Shown: positions 17,436 through 27,879, counted from the stretch's first letter. The stretch: 64,000 nucleotides of DNA from Methylotenera sp. (GCA_041675545.1 JBAYTS010000010.1:1606-65605), one strand, 5' to 3'. The notes: generated by a model from the sequence alone, not told the origin. Numbers and translations: made by a program.

Positions 17436-18911
17436 TTAATCGGGTAGATGTAAGTTTTTCGGTAGAGAGATGATCACGCTGGTGCCGCCCTCAAGCTTTG
17501 ATACAAATTGTAGCTGCCCACCCAAGGCGTCACATACTTTGAAGGCGAACGGAATGCCAAGCCCGGTGCCAAATCTTTTAGTCGTAGGGGCGTTCATCGC
17601 GCTAGGATCCGGGATGAATGGCATGCCGCTACCATGGTCTGATAACTCTAGAGTAAAAGCGTTAGAGGAGATTTTTAGTTGGATAGCGATTGCGCCTTGA
17701 TTGCTCGAGGCATCTACTGCATTTAATAGCAGGTTGTAAATCACCTGTTCTAATAGATGCTGATCCGTAAAAATGTAATCACTTTTAATAGCATTTGTTT
17801 TTGGCCAGATTGGTAGCGTGAGCTGGATGGATTTTTTAGCAATTTTTTGATGAAGTGGCTCCAACGCACCTTCTACAATATCTTTGATTCTGGTATTGCT
17901 AGGCTGAGGTTTTAGCGGGTGCAAATAAGCGAGCAAAGCGCCGGTCCAGCGTTCAAGCCGATCTACGGTGTTGATAATACCTTGTAATGACTCCCGTGTT
18001 TCAGCATCATGCTCGGGGTCATCCATCACTTGCGCCGTGGCTCGAATGCTCGCTAAAGGGTTGCGAATGTTGTGCGCCAGCATGGGCACCAGCAAACCTT
18101 GCGCGGCTTGCTTTTCGGTACGCACTAAATTCTCTTGGCTGTTGAGTAACTTGTCGGCCATCTCGTTAATTGCTTTTGATAGCGAGGCGAGTTCTTCAAT
18201 ACCTTCATCAGGGGCTTTATGATTAAGGTTGCCGGCACTGATTTCCGCCGTGGCTTTAAGCACGCCCTCAATTGGTTTTACAATTGAGCGTTTTAAAAAT
18301 ATGCGAGAGAATATCAGCAATAAAATCGCCAAAATTAACGGTGTAAATAATAAAAAAGTAGATTTGCGTTTACTTTCTTCAAGTTGGGCATCAAGCTCAA
18401 TTTGCTTTTGGTTGAGTAATTGTTCAGTACGCGCGAGCAGTGTTTCGTAGCGATTAAAAAGCCCGGCTTCAAGGTCAGTATTGAGTATTTTTTTAAGGTC
18501 ATCACTGGTGAGAGTAGTGTGCTGGTCAAACAGGGCTGAGGTTTCGCTTACAAAAGCCTGATAGCCGGCGTGCAGCTCATTGATGGCGGTTTTTTCGGCA
18601 TGGCCGACGGATATTTTTTCTAATTGACTAAAGTGGTTTTCAACTGAGCGGGTGAAGTTGTTATATTCAGTACGCGCTTCAATGTCATCTAAAAAATAAG
18701 CGTCAAACAGCTCTTTCATTTGGCGGTATAAATCGCCACGCGTTTGTTGCACCTCTTGCACAAGTAAATTGATGCGATTGGATTCCTGGCTGGATTGCTG
18801 TTGTAAATGAATGCCAATGGCACCAACAGTCGCGACTAAGAAAATAAGTAAAATAAATGCGAGCTCATGTAAGAGCAAGAGGTCTTTAAGCGAATGTTTT
18901 TTCTTAGTCAC
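17436..18911 (-). CDS. Membrane sensor histidine kinase (2 TM, periplasmic four-helix sensor, HAMP, HisKA, HATPase); orphan
   Basis: HAMP (IVKPIE..LKATAEISAGNL..K....EL..L..AIN.M), H-box AHNIRNPL, N-box QVIYNLLLNAVDA, DHGSGM, GTGLGI. Confidence 0.88.
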   Translation of the reverse strand: MTKKKHSLKDLLLLHELAFILLIFLVATVGAIGIHLQQQSSQESNRINLLVQEVQQTRGDLYRQMKELFDAYFLDDIEARTEYNNFTRSVENHFSQLEKISVGHAEKTAINELHAGYQAFVSETSALFDQHTTLTSDDLKKILNTDLEAGLFNRYETLLARTEQLLNQKQIELDAQLEESKRKSTFLLFTPLILAILLLIFSRIFLKRSIVKPIEGVLKATAEISAGNLNHKAPDEGIEELASLSKAINEMADKLLNSQENLVRTEKQAAQGLLVPMLAHNIRNPLASIRATAQVMDDPEHDAETRESLQGIINTVDRLERWTGALLAYLHPLKPQPSNTRIKDIVEGALEPLHQKIAKKSIQLTLPIWPKTNAIKSDYIFTDQHLLEQVIYNLLLNAVDASSNQGAIAIQLKISSNAFTLELSDHGSGMPFIPDPSAMNAPTTKRFGTGLGIPFAFKVCDALGGQLQFVSKLEGGTSVIISLPKNLHLPD

Positions 18912-18940
18912 TGCGTGTAGGTGGGCTGGAGATAAAGGTG

Positions 18941-19669
18941 TTATTCAAGCTTAAATGGCACAGGCACAGTAATTGTGAAATTGTTTCCACGTAAGGCTTC
19001 AGGTGGCGTGGGAAAAGGCTGTGCTTTTTCAACCATTTCTAACGCCTGTTTATCCAGTGCCTCGTAACCACTGGATTGGACAATTTTCTTAGACTTTATC
19101 TTACCGCTACCATCAAGCAGCAGTTCCACAGTCGCCTCGCCCTGCCAACCACGCATCTGTGCAATTTTAGGGTATTTTTTATGCTTGCTAATTGCGTTCC
19201 ATAACGCGTTGCCATATCTTCCACGCGCATCGTCTATGTCCGTTTGGTTAATGGTTGGCGGAGTAGGCTCAGGCTTTACTGGCACAGGTGCCGGTACTGT
19301 GTGCGCTGGAGGAGTAACTTCAGCTGTTGGTGCCACCGCAATGACGTCGGGTGGTGGCGCTGGTGTTGGCTCGACAACAGGCTCAATTTTTTCTACCATT
19401 GGCGTCGGTAGCGGCTTTGTAATGGGTTTAGGCAAAGGTTTTGGCTGTATTACTTTTGGTTGCGGCTGAACAGGCTCTGGCGGCACGACGGGCTGAGGAG
19501 GCTCTGGTTTTTTAACCAACTCAACCTCTAAGATGGCAGGCGTTTTTATTTCATCAAACTTAAAGTCTGGAATCACTAACACCAGCAAACCATGCAACAA
19601 CAATGAGCCGATAATGGCCCAGAGCAGTGTGTTTGTATGCGTGATGGATTGGTGAACTGCGATATTCAA
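18941..19669 (-). CDS. tonB: Energy transducer TonB
   Basis: N-terminal TM with the SxxxH motif (SLLLHGL), Pro-rich linker, C-terminal KYPKIAQMRGWQGEATV...SSGYEALDKQAL. Confidence 0.9.
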   Translation of the reverse strand: MNIAVHQSITHTNTLLWAIIGSLLLHGLLVLVIPDFKFDEIKTPAILEVELVKKPEPPQPVVPPEPVQPQPKVIQPKPLPKPITKPLPTPMVEKIEPVVEPTPAPPPDVIAVAPTAEVTPPAHTVPAPVPVKPEPTPPTINQTDIDDARGRYGNALWNAISKHKKYPKIAQMRGWQGEATVELLLDGSGKIKSKKIVQSSGYEALDKQALEMVEKAQPFPTPPEALRGNNFTITVPVPFKLE

Positions 19670-19825
19670 AAGAAAGAAGTGCCTGCGTGATTAAAGTTAA
19701 AAGATGAGAAGCAATAAACAAAACGAAAAATTATACAACAAGCTTAATCGCTATTTGAAACCTTAATGCAATTGGCTGTATTTAGCCAGATACATTAAGC
19801 GGTAAACATGTGAATTAAGGGTGCC

Positions 19826-21109
19826 TTAAATAAGGCCATCTAACACTTGTACCTGTACCAACGCCCCAGCCTCAAGGTTGTCAACGCTTTCATCCAGCAC
19901 AATAAAACAATTAGCTAACGACATTGAGCTTAACAACGCAGAACCTTGCGCCCCTGTGGGTTTTACGCGCCAGTTGCCATCAGTATCAGCAAACAAAATA
20001 CCGCGCTGAAACTCAGTACGCCCCGTGAGTTTTTTAATGGCTTGCGTACATTCTACTTTAAACACTGGCAACGGTGCCGGATTGGGTTGTCCCATTAACC
20101 GCAATATTGCCTCACGTACAAACTGGTAAAACGTCACCATCACCGCAACCGGGTTGCCTGGTAAGCCAAAGTAATGCGCATTCGCCACTTTGCCATAAGC
20201 GAGCGGCCTGCCTGGTTTCATGGCGACTTTCCAAAACATCACCTGCCCATGCTTGGCGAGCAACAGCTTCATATAATCAGCCTCACCTACGGAAACGCCA
20301 CCGCTGGTAATCACTACATCGGCCTGCTTTGCCGCATTTAACAAAGTGGCTTCAAGTAACGCAGGGTCATCGGCAATCGCGCCAAGGTCAATGATTTCTA
20401 CCCCCAAGCGACTTAACATGCCATAAAGCGTGTAACGGTTGCTATCATAAACCTGGCCAATTTCAAGCGGCTTGCCAACGCTCATTAACTCGTCACCGGT
20501 TGAAAAAAATGCCACTTTCAACTTGCGATACACGCGCACATCAGCAATGCCTAGCGATGCAATTAAACCTAAATCGGCCGGGCGCATTAAATGCCCTGTA
20601 GCGAGTACGGTTTGACCAATACGCAAATCCTCACCTGTATAGCGCACATTGGCACGCGGCTTTGGCGCATCAAAGAATGTAATGGTGTTAGCGTCTAGCG
20701 ATACTTTTTCTTGCACAACCACAGTGTCTGCACCTTTTGGCATGGCGGCACCCGTCATAATGCGTACACACTCACCGCTTGCTAAAATGCCATCAAACGC
20801 CTTGCCCGCAAAAGCAGTGCCAATCACCTTTAAACGTGTGGGCAACGCTACATCAATATCAGCCGCATTAAACGCATAACCATCCATCGCCGAGTTATCG
20901 TAATTTGGCACATTAGATGGCGACAAAATGTCCGCAGCCAACACGCGACCCAAACTCTCTCGCAAAGGTAAAAACTCAGCCTCGCATACCGGGCTTAAAA
21001 ACTGCTGAATAAATAACCGCGCTTTGGCGACGGGCATCGAGTTTGGATCGTAGTCATCTAGGCAGCTAGGGTTTGAGATCAATTGTGAAATCGTGGTTGG
21101 TTTAGTCAT
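19826..21109 (-). CDS. moeA: Molybdopterin molybdotransferase MoeA
   Basis: SAMDGYA, RIMTGA.MP.GADTVV.QE, STGDEL, SGGVSVG, MKPGRP and GLPGNPV motifs. Confidence 0.95.
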   Translation of the reverse strand: MTKPTTISQLISNPSCLDDYDPNSMPVAKARLFIQQFLSPVCEAEFLPLRESLGRVLAADILSPSNVPNYDNSAMDGYAFNAADIDVALPTRLKVIGTAFAGKAFDGILASGECVRIMTGAAMPKGADTVVVQEKVSLDANTITFFDAPKPRANVRYTGEDLRIGQTVLATGHLMRPADLGLIASLGIADVRVYRKLKVAFFSTGDELMSVGKPLEIGQVYDSNRYTLYGMLSRLGVEIIDLGAIADDPALLEATLLNAAKQADVVITSGGVSVGEADYMKLLLAKHGQVMFWKVAMKPGRPLAYGKVANAHYFGLPGNPVAVMVTFYQFVREAILRLMGQPNPAPLPVFKVECTQAIKKLTGRTEFQRGILFADTDGNWRVKPTGAQGSALLSSMSLANCFIVLDESVDNLEAGALVQVQVLDGLI

Positions 21110-21187
21110 TTGAGGAAATTTGTTTTCAAAATAATATTGGTATCACTTCTATTGCCATTTTAAGTCTAATTAGCGATGTGGATTTGA

Positions 21188-21772
21188 CTAGTTGCGTAAT
21201 TTCAATTCAAGTGCCGATAAATCTTCAAGCGTATTGAGGTTGATAAAAGCGTCAACGGCATCACTAAAATCGACTTCTGTGTAGCATTGGCTTTTTTGCC
21301 AGGCACTCACGCGACGCTCTCCGCTTGCTAAATATTCAGTTAGGCTAGGGAGCACGTTTTTTTTGCATAAACAGAATACGGGGTGCACGTTACCTTCACT
21401 TTTTGCCACAGCGATATCCGCATTGTTTTCAATTAACCCCTGCATTAAACGTTTTGCTAAATCTGGCGGTAATAACGGTGAATCACATGGCACGGTGAGT
21501 AGGTAGTCGTGTTTGGCTTGTTTTAAACCTAAGCTAAAGCCTGCCAACGGGCCAATAAAATCAGCCTGCTCATCACAGAGTACAGGGGGGCCTAAGGCTT
21601 GGTATTGGTTAATCTCGCGATTTGCGTTGATGATGATTTCATCTGCTTGCGGTTTTAAGCGTTTGATCACGTGTTGGATCAGTGGTTTTTGTTGTAACTG
21701 TACTAAGCCTTTATCTACGCCACCCATGCGGGTGGCGCGTCCGCCTGCAAGTATGATGGCTGAAATGGACAA
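21188..21772 (-). CDS. mobA: Molybdenum cofactor guanylyltransferase MobA
   Basis: ILAGGRATRMGG.DKGL, GPLAG, PCDSP, F.NLNT.EDL. Confidence 0.93.
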   Translation of the reverse strand: MSISAIILAGGRATRMGGVDKGLVQLQQKPLIQHVIKRLKPQADEIIINANREINQYQALGPPVLCDEQADFIGPLAGFSLGLKQAKHDYLLTVPCDSPLLPPDLAKRLMQGLIENNADIAVAKSEGNVHPVFCLCKKNVLPSLTEYLASGERRVSAWQKSQCYTEVDFSDAVDAFINLNTLEDLSALELKLRN

Positions 21773-21775
21773 TGT

Positions 21776-22801
21776 TTAGCCGCCTGTGTGCGACATGAAG
21801 CGGACGATAGAGGGTTCTGCACGGCGTAGGTCAAAGTCGTGCCCTTTGGGTTTAACGGCCATGCTATTTAAAATTGCGGTCATCAAAGGTTGGTCGTCAT
21901 TGAGGTGTGCGCGTAAAAGTGGCATTAGTTCAATTTTATCTTCTTGCCCTAAACACAAATAAAGCTCGCCTTTGCAGGTGATGCGTACGCGGTTGCAGCT
22001 TTCACAAAAGTTGTGGCTGTGCGGTGAAATAAAGCCAATTTTTGTTTGAGTATTGGCTACACGCCAGTAACGTGCAGGCCCGCCAGTTGTTTCGGTGCTG
22101 CTGATAAGTGGGTGCTTACTTTGTAGAAATTTCAAGGTGTCTGCATTGCTCACAAAAGTTGATTCACGCGTATGGGTGACATCGCCTAGTGGCATTTCTT
22201 CAATGAATGAAATATCAACAGCTTGTTGAATGGCAAAGTCAACTAATGGCAGGATTTCATCGTCATTAAAACCACGCATCAATACCGTGTTGAGTTTTAT
22301 GCTGTTAAAGCCTGCAAGTTTGGCGGCTTGTATGCCGCGCAATACTTTATCTAAGTCACCAGTGCGGGTGATGTTTTTGAAGCGGGTTGCATCTAGGCTG
22401 TCTAAGCTGATGTTGATGCGTTTTACGCCGGCGTTTTTTAAATCTTGAGCTTGTTTTTCTAGTTGGCTGCCGTTGGTAGTAAGCACTAACTCATTTAAGT
22501 TTTTAAGTTTACCAATTTCTTCAAATAACCATAATGCATTTTTACGCACCAAAGGCTCGCCGCCAGTGATGCGTACTTTACTGACACCTAATCCAACAAA
22601 TACTTTTACTAACCGTGCGCACTCTTCTAAGCTTAATACTTCGTCGCGAGGCAAAAAGGACATGTCCTCAGACATGCAGTAAACGCAGCGGAAGTCACAG
22701 CGGTCCGTGATGGATAGCCGAATGTAGTCAACTTGCCGACCAAATTGGTCGATGAGTTTATGGGGATTAACTTCTGTAGAATTAGGCACTTTTTCAATCA
22801 T
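21776..22801 (-). CDS. moaA: GTP 3',8-cyclase MoaA (radical SAM)
   Basis: CDFRCVYC, RITGGEPL, FCESCNRVR...LCL, and the C-terminal GG. Confidence 0.95.
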   Translation of the reverse strand: MIEKVPNSTEVNPHKLIDQFGRQVDYIRLSITDRCDFRCVYCMSEDMSFLPRDEVLSLEECARLVKVFVGLGVSKVRITGGEPLVRKNALWLFEEIGKLKNLNELVLTTNGSQLEKQAQDLKNAGVKRINISLDSLDATRFKNITRTGDLDKVLRGIQAAKLAGFNSIKLNTVLMRGFNDDEILPLVDFAIQQAVDISFIEEMPLGDVTHTRESTFVSNADTLKFLQSKHPLISSTETTGGPARYWRVANTQTKIGFISPHSHNFCESCNRVRITCKGELYLCLGQEDKIELMPLLRAHLNDDQPLMTAILNSMAVKPKGHDFDLRRAEPSIVRFMSHTGG

Positions 22802-22885
22802 TACTTGTCGGATTAAATAGCAATTAGCAACTATATTATAGTAGCATTATAAAATCGTAATAATAGTCGTTTTGGAGAGAATAGC

Positions 22886-23380
22886 TTGCTAGATTCACAT
22901 TCAACACAAGAGATGGGCGCAACTATCCATGCGTTAATCGCTCTGCACCAGCATAGACCTGGTGCTTTGTTGCCATTGCTACATGCTATTCAGGATAGCG
23001 TAGGCTTTATTCCAGAGGCGGCTTATGCGCCAATTTCTAAAGCCTTGGCGTTGTCTGTGGCAGAGGTGCATGGCGTGGTTACGTTTTATCATCATTTTCG
23101 CACCCATAAGGCCGGTCAGCATGTGATGCAGATTTGTCGCGCCGAATCTTGCCAAGCCATGGGTTCAGAGGCTTTGGAAGCGCACGCAAAAAAATGTTTG
23201 AATGTTGATTATCACCAAACTACCGCAGACGGTGCGATTACGTTAGAGCCTGTTTACTGTTTGGGTAACTGTGCGCTGTCGCCCTCAGTGATGGTGGGTG
23301 ACGAAATATACGGACGTGTGACGGCGGCAGATTTAGATGCGCTGATTTTGGAAGCGCGACATGCGGAGGCTAAAGCGTAA
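22886..23380 (+). CDS. fdsG: NAD-dependent formate dehydrogenase gamma subunit (NuoE-like)
   Basis: [23 protein letters not shown]...CLGNC [2Fe-2S] ligands. Confidence 0.92.
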   Translation: MLDSHSTQEMGATIHALIALHQHRPGALLPLLHAIQDSVGFIPEAAYAPISKALALSVAEVHGVVTFYHHFRTHKAGQHVMQICRAESCQAMGSEALEAHAKKCLNVDYHQTTADGAITLEPVYCLGNCALSPSVMVGDEIYGRVTAADLDALILEARHAEAKA

Positions 23381-24948
23381 TGGTTACTAAAATATATATC
23401 CCCCGCGATTCAAGCGCTTTGGCAATGGGCGCTGATAAGGTAGCTATTGCGGTGGTAGCCGAGGCGAAAAATCGTGGTTTAGAAGTTGAAGTTATTCGCA
23501 ATGGTTCTCGTGGTCTTTATTGGCTGGAAACGATGGTGGAAGTTGCAACGGCTAACGGTCGAGTGGCTTACGGCCCGGTAAAAGTAAAAGATGTGCCATC
23601 ACTATTTGACGCAGATTTTATCGATGGTAAGGCGCATGCCTTGAGTTTGGGTTTAACTGAAGAGATTGATTGGCTTAAAAAGCAACAGCGCTTAACTTTT
23701 GCTCGAGTGGGTATTACAGACCCAGTTTCTTTGGATGATTATATTGCGCACGATGGTTACAACGGCCTGAAAAACGCACTTAAATTATCGGGTGCGGATA
23801 TTGTAAAAATCGTTACTGACTCGGGTTTGCGTGGTCGCGGTGGCGCGGCTTTCCCTACCGGAATTAAATGGAATACCGTGCTTGGCTGTGAAGCTGAGCA
23901 AAAATATATCGTATGTAATGCCGATGAAGGCGACTCCGGTACATATTCAGACCGCATGATTATGGAGGGTGATCCATTCGTGCTGATTGAAGGCATGACG
24001 ATTGCAGGTGTGGCCGTTGGTGCTACACGCGGATATATTTATCTGCGCAGTGAGTATCCACATGCGCTTATAGCCCTTAATGAAGCCATCGCTAACGCTG
24101 AAAAAGCGGGTTATTTGGGTGACAACGTTTTGGGTAGCGGTAAGGCGTTCCATCTAGAAGTGCGCCGTGCTGCGGGCGCCTATGTCTGTGGTGAAGAAAC
24201 CTCATTGTTAGAGAGTTTAGAAGGTAAACGTGGTTTGGTTCGTTTTAAACCACCACTACCCGCCATTGAAGGTTTGTTCGGTAAGCCAACGGTAGTGAAT
24301 AATGTGATTTCTCTCGCTACAGTGCCAATTATTTTAGATAAAGGCGCACAATTTTATGCAGACTACGGCATGGGGCGCTCACGCGGCACATTGCCAATAC
24401 AGCTTGCAGGTAACCTCAAGCACAGCGGCTTGGTTGAGTTGGCGTTTGGTGCAACTTTACGTGAATTGTTATATGACTTTGGCGGCGGCTCTTTTACTGG
24501 TAAACCAATTCGTGCCGTCCAAGTTGGCGGTCCGCTGGGTGCCTATTTGCCAGAAAGCCAATTTGATACCCCGCTGGATTATGAAGAATTTACTAAAATT
24601 TGGGCAGTGTTAGGTCATGGCGGCATCGTGGCGTTTGACGATAGCGTAGATATGGCAAAAATGGCGCGTTATGCGTTTGAGTTTTGTGCAATTGAATCCT
24701 GCGGTAAATGTACGCCGTGCCGCATAGGTTCTACACGCGGCGTGGAAGTGATTGATAAAATCACCAGCGGTAAAGACCATGCGAGGAACATTGCACTCGT
24801 GCGCGATTTAAGCGACACCATGCTCAATGGCTCGCTTTGTGCGTTGGGCGGCATGACGCCTTACCCAGTATTAAGCGCACTCAATCACTTCGGCGAAGAT
24901 TTTGGTATTGGAGACTTCGGTCTTTCTCAAGAATCTAAAGCGGGTTAG
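23380..24948 (+). CDS. fdsB: Formate dehydrogenase beta subunit (NuoF-like, FMN/NAD)
   Basis: RNGSRG, SGLRGRGGAAFPTG, CNADEGDSGT, YVCGEETSL, ESCGKCTPCR; translationally coupled to fdsG. Confidence 0.95.
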   Translation: MVTKIYIPRDSSALAMGADKVAIAVVAEAKNRGLEVEVIRNGSRGLYWLETMVEVATANGRVAYGPVKVKDVPSLFDADFIDGKAHALSLGLTEEIDWLKKQQRLTFARVGITDPVSLDDYIAHDGYNGLKNALKLSGADIVKIVTDSGLRGRGGAAFPTGIKWNTVLGCEAEQKYIVCNADEGDSGTYSDRMIMEGDPFVLIEGMTIAGVAVGATRGYIYLRSEYPHALIALNEAIANAEKAGYLGDNVLGSGKAFHLEVRRAAGAYVCGEETSLLESLEGKRGLVRFKPPLPAIEGLFGKPTVVNNVISLATVPIILDKGAQFYADYGMGRSRGTLPIQLAGNLKHSGLVELAFGATLRELLYDFGGGSFTGKPIRAVQVGGPLGAYLPESQFDTPLDYEEFTKIWAVLGHGGIVAFDDSVDMAKMARYAFEFCAIESCGKCTPCRIGSTRGVEVIDKITSGKDHARNIALVRDLSDTMLNGSLCALGGMTPYPVLSALNHFGEDFGIGDFGLSQESKAG

Positions 24949-24969
24949 TTGCAGATTAAGGATAACATC

Positions 24970-27879
24970 ATGGATGAAATTAAATACAACCCAAAAGTAG
25001 ATTACGGTACGCCCGTTAGTCAATCGACAAAACAAATTACGCTGACGGTTGATGATAGACAAGTGACGGTGGCTGATGGTGTATCTATTATGCACGCGGC
25101 TGCGTTGGCAGGTGTAATGGTGCCAAAATTATGTGCAACCGATAGCCTGGAGCCGTTTGGTTCATGCCGTCTGTGTTTGGTAGAAATTGAAGGCCGTCGT
25201 GGCTATCCGGCGTCTTGTACTACGCCTGTAGCTGAAGGTTTAATCGTTCATACGCAAACGCCAAAATTGGCAGATATTCGCCGTGGCACCATGGAGCTTT
25301 ATATCTCTGATCATCCGCTGGACTGCCTGACCTGCGCCACTAATGGTGATTGCGAGTTGCAAGATATGGCTGGCGCAGTAGGTCTGCGCGAAGTACGCTA
25401 CGGCTATGATGGAGAAAACCATCTCAAAGCAGAAAAAGACGAATCCAACCCGTATTTCACGTTTGACCCGAGCAAATGTATTGTTTGCTCACGCTGTGTG
25501 CGTGCATGTGAAGAAACGCAAGGCACGTTTGCTTTAACTATTTCCGGGCGCGGCTTTGACTCAAAAGTATCCGCAGGCAATAAAGATTTCATGGATTCTG
25601 AATGTGTATCTTGCGGCGCCTGCGTTCAAGCCTGCCCAACAGCAACACTGATTGAAAAAACCGTCATTGCAGCAGGCACACCTGAGCATAGTGTGACAAC
25701 TACCTGTGCTTATTGTGGCGTGGGTTGTAGTTTTGACGCTGAAATGAAAGGCGAAGAAGTAGTGCGCATGACGCCAAGTAAGCATGGTGGCGCCAATCAT
25801 GGTCACTCATGTGTAAAAGGGCGGTTTGCCTGGGGTTATGCAACGCATAAAGACCGTATCACCACACCTATGATACGTAAGAGTATTCAAGACCCATGGC
25901 AACAAGTAAGCTGGGATGAGGCTATTAACTACGCTGCAAGTGAGCTTAGTCGTATCAATACCACCTATGGTAAAGATGCAATCGGTGGCATTACTTCATC
26001 GCGTTGTACCAATGAAGAGGTTTATGTCACACAGAAACTGATTCGTGCCGTATTCGGTGTGAACAATGTAGATACCTGTGCACGCGTTTGCCATAGCCCA
26101 ACGGGGTATGGATTAAAGCAAACTTTGGGTGAGTCTGCGGGTACGCAAACCTTTGATTCTGTGATGCAGTCAGACGTAATTTTGATTATCGGCGCAAACC
26201 CGACAGACGGTCATCCGGTATTTGCATCACAAATGAAGCGTCGCCTGCGTGAAGGTGCAAAATTGATTATTGCTGACCCGCGTGAAATTGATTTGGTTGC
26301 TAACTCTCCGCATATACGTGCCGACCATCATTTAAAACTACGCCCAGGCACCAATGTAGCGTTAGTTTCAGCCTTGGCCCACGTGATCGTGACAGAGGGT
26401 TTAGTGCAGGAAGATTTTGTTAAAGCGCGTTGTGAGTGGGATTCCTTTGTGGCGTGGCGTGATTTTGTGGCACTTGCGGAGAACTCACCGGAAGCTTTAT
26501 CAAGCGAGCTAGGCATTAAAGCGGAAGATATACGTGCCGCGGCAAGGTTGTATGCAACAGGCGGCAATGCCGCGATTTATTATGGCTTGGGCGTGACTGA
26601 GCATAGTCAAGGCTCTACCACCGTGATGGGTATTGCAAACCTTGCCATGGCAACCGCCAATATAGGTCGTGAAGGGGTGGGTGTTAATCCATTACGCGGT
26701 CAAAATAACGTGCAAGGTTCATGTGACATGGGCTCTATGCCACACGAGTTTCCAGGCTACCGTCACGTGGCAGATGACGCTACGCGTGCGCTGTTTGAAT
26801 CAGCTTGGGGTCGGCCGTTGAGTAAAGAGCCTGGCTTGCGCATTCCTAACATGTTGGATCAAGCCAGTGAGGGCAGTTTCAAGGCCTTGTACTGTGTAGG
26901 TGAAGATATTGTGCAATCAGACCCCAATACCCAGCATGTAACGCATGCGCTGGAAAATATGGAATGTGTGATTGTGCAGGATTTATTCTTGAATGAAACT
27001 GCCATGTTCGCGCATGTGTTCTTCCCTGGGGCATCGTTCCTTGAGAAGAGCGGCACATTCACCAATGCAGAACGTCGTATTTCACCAGTGCGTCGCGTGA
27101 TGGCGCCTAAAAATGGTGGTCTTGACAGCAACGGTAAACAAGAAGCCGGTATGGAAGATTGGCAGGTCACTGCCAAGTTGTCTGCGGCGTTGGGCTACCC
27201 CATGAATTACAGACACGCCTCAGAAATTATGGATGAAATTGCACGTTTAACGCCGACCTTTAAAGGGGTTAGCTTTAAGAAGTTAGATGAACTGGGTAGT
27301 GTGCAATGGCCATGCGATGATGAGCATCCAACTGGTACGCCAATTATGCACATAGATGAATTTGTGCGCGGTAAGGGTAAGTTTTTTATTACCCAATATG
27401 TACCTACGACTGAAAAAGTAAATGCAAAATTCCCCTTGATACTAACCACTGGACGCATTTTGTCGCAATATAACGTGGGTGCGCAAACGCGCAGAACGCA
27501 AAATACTGCTTGGCACCCAGAAGATATATTAGAGATTCATCCGCATGATGCTGAAGACCGTGGTATTAAAGAAGGCGACTGGGTAGGCGTTGCTAGCCGT
27601 GCCGGTGAAACCGTATTGCGCGCTAAATTGACCCCCCGTGTGCAAGTGGGGGTGGTTTACACCACGTTCCATCACCCGGAGTCAGGTGCTAATGTTATTA
27701 CGACAGATAACTCTGATTGGGCGACTAATTGTCCTGAGTTTAAAGTAACGGCAGTGCAGGTGGCGCGGGTGAGCCAGTTATCTGATTGGCAAAAACATTA
27801 CCAAACCTTTAGCGAAGCACAAATTGCTTTTGCACAAAAAACAGATAAAGCAAAAGCCGAAGCCGTTAAAGTTGGCTAA
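24970..27879 (+). CDS. fdsA: Mo-bisPGD formate dehydrogenase alpha subunit (ATG 24970 preferred)
   Basis: N-terminal Fe-S motifs (CRLCLV, CLTC, CIVCSRC, CVSCGAC), TCAYCGVGC, active-site DTCARVCH (Cys, not Sec), LRGQNNVQG. Confidence 0.95.
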   Translation: MDEIKYNPKVDYGTPVSQSTKQITLTVDDRQVTVADGVSIMHAAALAGVMVPKLCATDSLEPFGSCRLCLVEIEGRRGYPASCTTPVAEGLIVHTQTPKLADIRRGTMELYISDHPLDCLTCATNGDCELQDMAGAVGLREVRYGYDGENHLKAEKDESNPYFTFDPSKCIVCSRCVRACEETQGTFALTISGRGFDSKVSAGNKDFMDSECVSCGACVQACPTATLIEKTVIAAGTPEHSVTTTCAYCGVGCSFDAEMKGEEVVRMTPSKHGGANHGHSCVKGRFAWGYATHKDRITTPMIRKSIQDPWQQVSWDEAINYAASELSRINTTYGKDAIGGITSSRCTNEEVYVTQKLIRAVFGVNNVDTCARVCHSPTGYGLKQTLGESAGTQTFDSVMQSDVILIIGANPTDGHPVFASQMKRRLREGAKLIIADPREIDLVANSPHIRADHHLKLRPGTNVALVSALAHVIVTEGLVQEDFVKARCEWDSFVAWRDFVALAENSPEALSSELGIKAEDIRAAARLYATGGNAAIYYGLGVTEHSQGSTTVMGIANLAMATANIGREGVGVNPLRGQNNVQGSCDMGSMPHEFPGYRHVADDATRALFESAWGRPLSKEPGLRIPNMLDQASEGSFKALYCVGEDIVQSDPNTQHVTHALENMECVIVQDLFLNETAMFAHVFFPGASFLEKSGTFTNAERRISPVRRVMAPKNGGLDSNGKQEAGMEDWQVTAKLSAALGYPMNYRHASEIMDEIARLTPTFKGVSFKKLDELGSVQWPCDDEHPTGTPIMHIDEFVRGKGKFFITQYVPTTEKVNAKFPLILTTGRILSQYNVGAQTRRTQNTAWHPEDILEIHPHDAEDRGIKEGDWVGVASRAGETVLRAKLTPRVQVGVVYTTFHHPESGANVITTDNSDWATNCPEFKVTAVQVARVSQLSDWQKHYQTFSEAQIAFAQKTDKAKAEAVKVG

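Noticed and set aside
22802-22885. Moco riboswitch upstream of moaA
   Set aside because: The spacer is only 84 bp, AT-rich, and has no multi-stem structure.
24970-27879. Selenocysteine-containing formate dehydrogenase
   Set aside because: The active-site codon is Cys (DTCARVCH) and there is no in-frame TGA.
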